Both the position numbers and the translations under genes were made by a program. Below are positions 1-10,100 of a DNA stretch of 64,000 nucleotides, piece by piece. The DNA lies in contig NMRA01000078.1 in the NCBI GenBank assembly GCA_002633005.1, forward strand, positions 252,587 to 316,586, read 5' to 3'. The first letter of the stretch is position 1. Each line of letters opens with the position of its first letter. The notes under the pieces were generated by a model. That model did no database searches. It saw only the letters and a list, made by a program, of their open reading frames with translations, and had not been told where the DNA came from. Origin of the DNA: Phoronis australis. Lineage: Eukaryota > Animalia > Phoronida.

Positions 1-328
1 TCTCTGAAACGCTACTAAATACAACTTGGAGGGGGACAAACATATTGCTCGCTATTTGCAGTGCGCAACCCTTGCGACAAATAGTCGACTGGGCGAAAGA
101 CCTGATAGCGAAGCACAGTTAATTTTGTTGGTGACCATCGAGGGCGTCCATGCAATCGAGTAGTCTACAGTTTCTAATGGTCCTCTTGTTCAAGTCATCG
201 ACATCATTTAGTCGAAAGTTTGACCACGTCTTTAAATCGGTAGATTTTGATCGGCGATGGAATATAAAACAAAATGGTATTTTGCTCAAATGTGGGAGAA
301 ATTACTACTCAGTTGCAATAATTTACAG

Positions 329-495
329 CTACCACTGACCGATCAGGAGTGCGACTGACGCTGACGCCAACTCTACGCCCATACGACGCTGGCATCATGG
401 AGGTGGGTCACGTGGCACGGCGAGCACTGATGATTCCGCCTAGAATGGAAAATTTCACCGTGCAAGGCTTCTGTCCCAGCAAATGTTTGCTACAG
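329..495 (+). CDS. MOXD1: MOXD1-like exon (TTDRSGVRLTLTPTLRPYDAGIMEVGHVARRALMIPPRMENFTVQGFCPSKCLLQ)
   Basis: Acceptor tttacag ends 328; donor gtaatc at 496; DxSG..LRxYDAG motif joining the two copper domains. Confidence 0.85.
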
Positions 496-3400
496 GTAAT
501 CACACTGTGCGCATCGCTTTCATGATATGCAGTCTACAAATAAACGATACGAGTTTTCATACTTCGGAAACCCCACTGAAGAGAACAGGCACAAAAACCA
601 AAGAGATGAAATTGATCGACCACGAAAAATAGACTAATGCCTCGGCGGCCACGGAGACCACCAGTGGGTGTCGACCATCATTGGTGTCAAAAAATAAAAA
701 ATGAATGGTTTATTCCTTTTTTAAGATATGCCTACAATATAAAAATTTTGTTCCTAGCCACTTTGTCGTTCTTTCTAAAGAAATCAGTAAAAAAGAGTGC
801 AGGTGGTCCGACGTCATTTGCCGTGCATCAGACGTGCGCAGACGTCATGGTTGGCCCCATTGCACAAAATACCTGAGCTAAAAACACGAGAGACCTATTA
901 TCGATCAACAAGTTCTTCATGGAGGAAGTTTTCAAGTCTACCTGTTTCCTTTAAGAAAACGGACAGATTTTAACATGTTGTAGGCATATAACAGTGCCAT
1001 CCAGCAGGTTACCGTCCTTAGCATATAAAAAGCTGGGCAATACCCTACCAGATGTTTAGGGTATTCAACGTCAGTACCACACTCTAGACTCACTGGCCTC
1101 CCCATACACCCAGCGATGTGTAAATAATCGGTAACAACAAGTCGCCATTTTAATGCTCATTTTCCAGCTGAATGATGGACATTTTTCGTTTGATTGCGTC
1201 CATATTTTTTCGCTGCCCCGCGGTGAGTAATGTAATTATGGACCAGCCTGCCTTGAAATAATTTAGCACTACCGGTACTTTTTTGTAGGCCGCGTCTCAT
1301 CAGCAGTTCTATGGACCGCGAACCTCCAACACACGATTCGGCTTACCGCGGCGTCAACCAGACCGCACGCGCAACCCCGACCGCACCGGAGAAGTGAGGC
1401 CGGAAGTACGGCCAGGAGAACAAGCGAACTTACCTCCAAAGACTGGAGACACTCGCCGAAATGGACAGCAGGGACCTGAGAGGTCACAGCCTGAGACCAG
1501 GAACGATCAAGACCGCTATGACCAAGAAAGATATGGTCAAAGGTCATATGGCCCTCGTAGGTATGGCCCTTATGGACAGGATGATTATGACGAAAAAGGA
1601 ATTTCCGTGTTCGCTAATTTGTTGCGTGTCCGCGGTGTGGGGCGCAAAGTTCGCTTACGTCATATTAGGAATGGGATAGAGATGATGGTGGTTGACGGTG
1701 ACGAAAATTATGACACCAACTTACAAGAGATTCGATTGCTACCCGAAGAGAGAGTTGTCATGCCAACAGACGATCTCATGGTTGAATGCACGTACAATAC
1801 AACCGAGAAAGCCACAGTGACATGGGTAAGTATGAATTGAAATAAGGATTTTTTTCGTTATTCAGCGATGTTACCCACATTGCCAATGTTCGCTTTTAAA
1901 TATAGACCAGAAAGAAATTAAGTATATAGAAGACAAGAGTTTCAACGATAGGTTACTCTAAAAACGATACTGAATCCTGTGTTGGTGGTTTCAACCAATC
2001 CTCGTTCTGCTACCTGATGATGCACCATTGGCAGGATTTAACTAAAAGTTATAGCCTCTATATACCACAGATAGCATATTGTGGTTTTTGATGGGTAGTT
2101 ATTCCCAAAAAGTCGTGTAACTCGCCTAAAGCGTAGGTCACGCTTGCCGGTTTAGCAAACTTTGCAAGTAATTTTCCTCAAAATATTTGATGTTTGTCTG
2201 AGGTTAGGCCAACAGAACATCATTTTGTTTCAGGGAAATAGACGGGACGTTGTTTTTAGTATCTGTTAATAGGCCAAAACCGGGTTTGCTATCCTTTTAA
2301 GGCATCGCTGTCAATGCGCAAAGAAAACAAAAGATAGCGTCTTTTATAGCTTTTGCACCTAAGTCGTTCTCATACTACTGTTGTGTACCTGTTGGTATTT
2401 CTAGCTTGTTTGTAGTCCATAAAAACGCATCCGAGATGCTGACCAAGGATGATCCGACGTCTATAAAATTGGCGAGGTGGAGTGAAAATTTTAACTTGAA
2501 TGAAACGAAATCCTGTATGTAGAGTTACATCATGTTCGTTCACAGGGCGGTGGCGGGATCACGGAAGAGATGTGCTCGTCCGTCTTGTACTACTACCCTA
2601 AGATCGCCTTGTCAAAGTGTCAGACATTCCCTCTGGCGGAGGAGTTGTTCTCAATAGTTGGTAACCAAAGGTCAGTAGCTGCAACAAACCTGCAAACCCC
2701 CTGACAAGCCACCTCGCCAACATGAATGACGTTGGTTCGGGAGCGTAACGGATACGTCTTCTGCTAAAAATACAAATTGTTGATTGAAATCACTTGCCGT
2801 TATAAAAATGGACTCAACTCATTCCTTCTCAGAAAGGGTCGGATCCAGGATTTTTTAAAATGGGGGTCGAATCAAGGATGTTTTTAAAAAGGGGTGTCCA
2901 AGTCAACAATTTGAAAATTCTAGATTTGATATCACTAAAATCAAGGGAAAAAGGGGGGTCCCGACCCCCTTGAGCCCCCTGGATCCGCCTATGTCAGATT
3001 AGGAATGGTTTCTGGACTTCTGAAGGCCAGCCTCGATTGCGTTGACTTGACGGTCTCTGAACCCTTTAGATATCTTATTCAGTGTCCGGGGTGCAACATG
3101 GGAGGAACAGAATGATTCCAATACAGTCGTGTACGACGAAATGTGTGGCTGTAGGGATGGACATTTTGAGTGAAAACACGAATGAAATTTAAACATTTTG
3201 AAACAGTCGTAATAATAACGTTGTTCGTCTCCGCTCATAACTTTGTTCCTCTCTCTTCATTGGGTCGCCGTAAAAATTAATGTTACTTTAAAGTCATTTC
3301 ATGAATATTCATGCGTTCAATTACAAACGCTTGTGCATGAAAGCCAGTTTAATTACATTTGGGACACCGTGTATACTAGTGTGTTAACGCTTTTGTTTAA

Positions 3401-4147
3401 TATGACGTTATTTGGAAATTTGATGTAGTGCTATTATTTATTGCTATCAGAAGAAAAATTCAACGCAGTATTAACATTTTTTAATGTAATATGTATTATT
3501 TTTATTTTTTATGAAAAATTTACTAAAATATTTAAAATATTTTCGACACCAAATTGACCAAAAATACATTCACAATAATTTTGCAAAGCATTCCAAACTG
3601 AAGCGTTTTTATTTTCTCAAAATGACGAAAAAGGTCTCGGAAATTCTTGAAGGAGAGAGGAGTGTGGGCGAATTGTTGCTGGGTCGTGCTCGGTTGAAAA
3701 AAAAAGAGCATTCAGTCATTTCCCTCTTCAAATATTTTTTTCAGGACCTCTATGAGTAGCTGGCAGAGTGACGTTAAACGCATATCGTGGTCGTACGTCA
3801 AATCGAAACGTTTGGAACAACTGGAAAAACGTGCCAAACGCCACGTGGTTTGCGAGACAGTTGACGGTATCGAATATCCGGTAGGCACATTGAAATCAAA
3901 AGGTTGTTAGAAGTTTAAACGGGTGATTAAATAAGTAATAAATTTGTTTGTTGTGTTAAATCTATTCGCCATTGTGTAAACTTCAATGTTTTTTATTCAC
4001 CAGATTGCTCGGGAAATTCTGCGAAAACCGATAGGTGTCAGCCTACCCCAGCCTTGGCCTCAACGGCGATGTGGAAGTGGTCGTGTGCACAGTTTTGCTT
4101 TCGTTTATTTGGTCATTTTAGCTAGTTTTCAATTGATGCATTTTTGA
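329..4147 (+). CDS. MOXD1: DBH-like monooxygenase (MOXD1/DBH/TBH copper type II family), 3' part; 5' exons lie upstream of the window
   Basis: join(329..495,1289..1825,2546..2670,3745..3880,4004..4147). All introns are GT-AG with matching phases. Translation contains DRSGVRLTLTPTLRPYDAGIMEVG, IPP, GISVFA..GRKVRLRHIRNG, NYDTNLQE, DDLMVECTYNT, WGGGGITEEMC..YYYPKI..C and a hydrophobic C-terminal tail. The symbol denotes the family; exact orthology is uncertain. Confidence 0.85.
1289..1825 (+). CDS. MOXD1: MOXD1-like exon: low-complexity insert plus Cu2_monoox_C region
   Basis: Acceptor ttttgtag ends 1288; donor gtaagt at 1826; 537 nt open in phase 0; overlaps ORF 1394..1840. Confidence 0.85.
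1962..2296. mobile_element. Non-autonomous TTAA-site (Kolobok-like) DNA element; inverted copy of 16227-16584
   Basis: Reverse complement aligns by eye along 16227-16584 (gcgtaggtcacg.ttgccggttta, tatctgttaatagg.caaaacc); right end atcctt|ttaa. Confidence 0.55.
2546..2670 (+). CDS. MOXD1: MOXD1-like exon (GGGGITEEMCSSVLYYYPKIALSKCQTFPLAEELFSIVGNQ)
   Basis: Acceptor cacag ends 2545; donor gtcagt at 2671; EEMC (CuM Met ligand) and YYP motifs. Confidence 0.85.
2834..2993. mobile_element. MITE with (C)AGGGGCGGATCCAGG-type TIRs and 5-bp TSD
   Basis: Ends aagggtcggatccagg / cctggatccgcctatg; TSD TCAGA at 2829-2833 and 2994-2998; inverted homologue at 39769-39924. Confidence 0.75.
3745..3880 (+). 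CDS. MOXD1: MOXD1-like exon (TSMSSWQSDVKRISWSYVKSKRLEQLEKRAKRHVVCETVDGIEYP)
   Basis: Acceptor tttttcag ends 3744; donor gtaggc at 3881; phase 2 in and phase 0 out fit the flanking exons. Confidence 0.65.
4004..4147 (+). CDS. MOXD1: MOXD1-like last coding exon with hydrophobic (GPI-signal/TM-like) tail
   Basis: Acceptor ttcaccag ends 4003; IAREILRKPIGVSLPQPWPQRRCGSGRVHSFAFVYLVILASFQLMHF*; TGA 4145-4147; AATAAA at 4668. Confidence 0.6.
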   Translation: MAREILRKPIGVSLPQPWPQRRCGSGRVHSFAFVYLVILASFQLMHF

Positions 4148-4794
4148 TCAAAGACGCAGGAGACGATAAACATCAAAGTAGAATTTGTTTTTACTTGTTA
4201 ATTTTTGTAAACGTGAGTGATGTTTTATACACAAAACGTACAGATCTCGACAATCACGTTTGTCTAACTCTGAAGTAAGTTGTTAAGAAAACAGCCTCCC
4301 GTTCACTAACGCTAGGATCTCGCTAAAAAGCAACATTCGCGAGATTACGTGAGATATTGCCGTGTATTTTAAATGATATCACGTGGCTTTGGCTAGATTT
4401 TAGTTAGGCCCTAGCGTTACTGAACGCACGCCTGGTCACACGCAAAGGTCGGACGTCCAGTCGTAGCCAAGAGGTTCGTAGGCACGTTACAGCGAATGCG
4501 AAGCTGCATTTCTTTAGGAGAGAGAAACGTTGCAACTGACGTAAGTTGTAATATTCGGACTCAAAAAGGACATTATCATTTTTACTGTTGAAAACGCATT
4601 TTGGGATCATTCAAGGTTGGATGGATTAGACTTCTTGAAATTAATAGCTTTGACCAGCTTTTATAGCAATAAATATGTTATGTTTTTGTGACTTTATTAC
4701 AAATCGCCAATTATCGCTGTCGTCTGCCAGACATTAGCTGAAATCGAGGCTGGTGACTTTACTTGTTACGTGCCACTTATCGTGTGAGATAAAA

Positions 4795-4900
4795 CTCAGC
4801 TAGCACAGCGTGTGGCTGCGGCCGCGAACGTCCCCCGTTCGAATCCGCGCAGGGGCTGTTCTGAGAAAACCACCATTCTCACCGTTAATGTCCCTTAACA
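4795..4900 (+). mobile_element. Possible decayed tRNA-derived SINE head
   Basis: Pol III B-box-like GTTCGAATCC at 4837-4846 after a degenerate A-box-like tagcacagcg; no cloverleaf. Confidence 0.25.
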
Positions 4901-4999
4901 ACCGCCTTCACGCACGCCATGATTTGCGTATTTAGTTAAATCGAAGCTGAGACCGAACTTGGGACCTTTGATGAAGTGGACCTTACCTATGTAACTTAA

Positions 5000-5283
5000 A
5001 AACCCGCATTCAGTCACAAAATGAACTTTTGATTTTTAGACCACTTGTCGTTACGAGATTGGTCTCAGATTGTCCCTCTGGATTTGGGATGAACTGACAG
5101 TTTACTATTGCTTTACAATCCAATTTGTCACGGCGTCTCACTTTATTAGACAATCTTGATATCGAGGAATTCTTTGCAAAAATCAAAAATCACGTTTCAT
5201 CTGAGTAGGAACAAGTTGAGACCAATTTCATAACGGAAAGTGGGCTAAAACAAAAGTTGGTTTCTTCGACGGAATGCTACCTT
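5000..5283. mobile_element. MITE with ~70-bp imperfect terminal inverted repeats
   Basis: Left arm gcattcagtc..ttacgagattggtctcagattgtccctc mirrors right arm gagtaggaacaagttgagaccaatttcataac..gacggaatgc; relatives at ~31430-31650 and ~62866-63202. Confidence 0.6.
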
Positions 5284-7067
5284 ATTACCGCTTCAGAAGT
5301 CTACTTTTTGCTGTTAGCAAGGCCCTCAAAATGCGGAAGTGAAGCGCAGTTCATTAAAAACACTGCCTATGGTTGCACTATTTTGGTGAAGGTTATAGTC
5401 ACAAAATCTCATTTAATCTTATTTTAGAAGATTGTTTCCGACAAGATACCGCTGTTTTTAGATTGTCTTGGCCCCTTGTTACTGACAATGCTTGGCGCCT
5501 CTAACGATGGTTGGTTGTTCAAGTTAGCGTTCATAATTGTAAATTGGACAAATTTTTCAGAACAGTTGGAGTTAGGGCGAAATTTTGGAAAGTGTTTTAC
5601 CTAATAAATAAACGTTTTGACGTTCACTTGTTGTTTCCGTCTATTTAAATTAGGAGTTGAGCCCTCAAAACTTAAACAAATCATTGTTGATTTATATCAT
5701 AGAGATGAAAGTTCGTTGCGAAATACTTTTTCATATGAAATGCGGGGTGTCAACAACCAGAATGTTGTGAATCTATCAAAATGAAGTTACCTGATGTTCA
5801 AGAGTCGGGTGGTGCTAACTTGAAAGACTACTCCGAACCGACAACTTCCTATCAGAAGCTGGGAAATCGAAAGATACCGGGGTTACTCCCATAGAAGGTG
5901 TGCACGGAACTGACGTGACGTCGATGGATAACTTTGTTACACCCAGTCTCTGCGAAAGGGTGACTCATCGGGTTCGCTTTTGGATTTAGCAGCGCTACAA
6001 AGGGGATCCTATACAGCAGACATTTAATGAAGGGCTAAGCGTTAACTAATCATATTTTAGGAGTTTTTGTTGGAATAAACGATGCATTTTTTGTCCGACA
6101 CAATAGCAGCTCATCTTGCTTTGTTTCAGGATTTAATGAAAACAACTACCCCCCCCCTTCAACAAGATTAGGTTTTTGGAATTAGCCCTAAAAGGTAAAA
6201 TATTTCTGGAAATCTAAAACTCCACGAAAGGACGACTAAGTCACTGAGATGCTTACAAATGGGTTCCCCTTTTCGAACCCGCTCTCTAAACGGATGGGTA
6301 ACCTTATTTTCCAGTTCCCCGGTAAAACTGTATTAAAAATTGCAGAATTTGTTGCATGGAATTACAAATTAGGTGTTACCACGAGTTGCTTTTACCCCAT
6401 TGCAAAAATACGTTTACTTTTACCAAGAACGAACAACTGAAATAACGGCAACGTCCACGAATACTTCTGCAATCCAAAAGTCCACGGCGTGATGTAAGAT
6501 CCATTTCATGTTTGTGTTTGGTCGAAACTCCTCTATGACTGTTTCCTCGAGCAACTTGGCCTATTTCCGGGCCTGTTTGCCTTCATTTCGACTTTTATTG
6601 TATCCGCTAAATGTACCGGAAGGTTGTACCAATATTAACTCAGTGTTTTTATTAAAACTTTCTGTTCTACTACATTAACTCCAACATAATAACTTTTTGT
6701 TTATTTTTCGTCCTTCAATTTCGATCATTTCCTTTGATGTTACACACACCAATCGGACAATTCCTACGAAAATCTAACGGGGCTCCGAATGGTAAAATCC
6801 GTACGTAGAAAATCACGCTATCTCTTTATTACAAAAACGTTCACGCAAACACGGAGTAACTTATGATCAAAACAAGACAAATGTGTTTTATACTAGGCAA
6901 TGAAACCTTGTCGGTTTTACAAGTGAAGAACTGTTGTGACAAATCGCGTGATAACAGATTTTGGCGCTGTGTTTATGTACCCGTCTTAGCCCCTTTCTGG
7001 TTACCGTATCGTTTGCTGGTTCGGTAAACGATAGCGTTCATGGATAAGACGGTGTGTACTAAGCACG

Positions 7068-7144
7068 ATGAACAGACATGATATCTGGATAGTACTCTTC
7101 ATAATTCAATCTCTCTTCCTTCACCAAGTCGCATCAACGTGGTG
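7068..7144 (+). CDS. WNT2: Wnt2 exon 1 (signal peptide [26 protein letters not shown])
   Basis: ATG 7068; donor gtaagt at 7145; phase 2 matches exon 2. Confidence 0.85.
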
Positions 7145-10100
7145 GTAAGTCTCGAAGTTTAGTTTTTCAGTAAATGGACAGAAAATATCGATGCCTTTAT
7201 TTCATAAATTACTTATGTTAGGTAATTTGTGTATTTTCGTATAATTCGAAAAAAACAACAACCCGGTTCTGAGCTGCGTTCATTGTGTTATGAATGGCAA
7301 AAACATTACCATTTTAGGAGAAAGTAAATTTTAGAGCCCCAAGAGCGTTGAAGAAATGCAATAATTCTGAAAAATGACATAAATAACTAAAATGTGCATT
7401 AAACATATAGTGAATGAACTTCTTTTTTGTGGCTTGAAATGATTTTAAAAACTGCCAGAACGTTAATGCTAATTTCAGGATTGATCCCATTACAAGGAAA
7501 ATTGAAATTGGTCAGAGAATATGTGAAATTGTCCACCAGTTTTGCGCTGGCGGTAACTGGGTACCGTCTGCGCATTGACAAATTCAATTATATCATAGCA
7601 CGTTTGAGGCGAGAAGCCCAGACCACAAGCGAGAGAAAGGGAAAGCGCTCTTCGGATGATCTATTGTTTTGAGGCAACACAGTATGACCAAATGGAATAT
7701 CGCTGGGAGGGACCACAGGAAAGTGCCTGGGGGCTGGTACACCGCCGTCTCGTACGTCAACCACTCGCGTACTCATGTCTCGTGAAGAACTGCGCCGAAA
7801 TGGTTCGGTACTGTAGTATTTGCACTAGTGACCTCAACCGTGAAATTACAGGGAAAACATTTTTACAATGCTATACGAAGATGATAAATTTCTTTCTTTT
7901 CATTCATTTAGCGGTCTTAATCAGTGTGATTTTATGACACAAAAGGCCACGATATTGCAGTCATTTTACGAGGACTTGTGAAAGTTTACTTGGTCTTATC
8001 TATCCGACACGCGAACACTTTACCTCACAAGGTTCCGTTGGAGCAAGCAAAGCTAACATGAGATGAAACAGTGAACTCGGACACATTCAACTGTATATTT
8101 ACATTTGACTTCGATAAACATTTTAACAAAAACTTCCCAAACCAAACTACAAAACAGACATGTACACACAACGATCTTCATTTGAAAATTTTACTTAACG
8201 TTAATTCGAAAGAAAACAGCCGCTCGACACGGACTCCGAAGATACGCCCATATCTCGGAACAAAACAGGTCGGAGTCGAAATTTACTCAGGCAAGACTAA
8301 AGATGGTATCACTCCACGCGCTAGTGGGCGAGAGTAATGAAAAATAAACAAGTTGGATTTCTTTAGTATTTAGAACATGAGTTAGCACTCGTTATATTAG
8401 TTTGATGTAACAATATGTTCGGAAAACGTAGAGGTCTAATTGAGCCATAGTGATCGGTTCTCTAGTAGTGACTGTTTTTAAATAAATTGGTGTAATTTAA
8501 CTTGTAAGACAAAACTATGAAAACATGCAGCCGGAGGCGATCTCTGACCTAACGCCGCATGAGACAGGCGGTTCTTTAGGTTTGATATTTGTACCCAGGC
8601 GTCTTTGAAGCGGATATGTGGGGAAAATAGTGAAATATGTCGGCCAGTGATATTTGCTAAGTTACGTCTACATTCATAGCGCCAAAATTAATTATGTCAA
8701 AACCAAGTCCAATTATACACTGTATTTATTTTGAGAGGTTTGTGTAGATTGGTTAGATGTTACGCAAATTAATGGTCTTGGCGAGCTGTAAATTTAATGA
8801 CTTGCGGACGCATGGTATCTGACGCATGTTCCACTCACGGGTGAACGCGCCATCACCGGTAAGTAAACAACACTGCTATTATTGCGTCACACTCCCGAAC
8901 TGATGGGAGCAGGGTATCAAAACAGAAAGACCATGACTTGTATTGTGAACTGTTTTGACTTACGGTTTACAAGGTGTATTGAAAATGCTGTTAATTATTC
9001 ATCAAAGGCGAACAGCCTAATACGGCCATTGTGTGATCTAAGCTTTAGTAACAGCTTTGAAATGTTCCGACTAAAAGGCTGTTGCCACACAAATACAACG
9101 ATCCAGAGCTCAAAATGTTTGCACTGCGTTCGACGAAACACTCTGAGCGTAGACATTTGACTTAAAAAGACGCGCAGTATCAGCTTTCGCACAAAAATAT
9201 TTTCAATATTTGATATTTTACCGGCAATATTTTCCACAAACTGAAAATTGCTTTGGCAGAATGCTTTGCAAGGTTGCATACAACCAGTTCTAAATGTCAT
9301 AGATCGCGCGCAGCATTTACGGCGTAAAAATGACTCGGGCCCACTGCAAATGTGTTTATTCAATGGTGAACTTTTTGTCAGAAGAAATAATTCACGGTCT
9401 GCACAATTGTAGACCTACTTGGAATTAACAAACGTTACTTTTGGCGCGTTAAACCGTATCAATCTTCATTCTTATCTTAGTTTGAAATTGCACATTTTGG
9501 GGCTTTGAATGCACGCACTCTCCCGCTTTCAACATAAAGCAGAGTCGTTCTATCTGGTCGCGCGATCGTGTCCCAAGTCGCGGCTACTCCACTGGACGGC
9601 GGCGTTTCGCCGAAGTCAATTATGAAAGTGGTAACTCAGTGAAATGAACTAATGATTAGTCCACACGTATCCACGTTAAAAATCTTTACTGTACACTTAG
9701 CCATACAAACACTCGTGGTGGGAGATGTACACAGTTTACGACAACAACCAGTTGGGGTCACTGCCGTCGGGCCATTCTGCACGAAAAATAACAGCCGCAC
9801 AGCGTGACGTTGTGCAGACAAGTAGACAACCGCAAGCAGACGCCCACTGCACCAATAGTCGTCTTCATATAGCTGCTACGCCTGTTTGTTTTGATAGTTA
9901 TCTGCTACATACAAAGAGCCGTGTTTTGGTCGAGTTTTGCTCTTAAATAAAATAAAAAAATGCCACGGCATAGCATTAACGTGACTTCTGGAATTTCAGG
10001 CTTGTGACATCGTTGACTAAAATTTTATAGAGGCTTGCCATTGATTCGCGGCCACTCGTTGTTTACAGACCGCGTGCCCGGGGCCTGCACGAAATATGTA

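Noticed and set aside
1490-1597. RYG/SYG repeats as an RYamide neuropeptide precursor
   Set aside because: Gly is followed by Gln or Pro rather than basic cleavage sites, and the segment lies inside the monooxygenase exon
4795-4860. tRNA gene suggested by GTTCGAATCC
   Set aside because: No acceptor stem, D-arm or anticodon arm can be folded; at most a SINE relic
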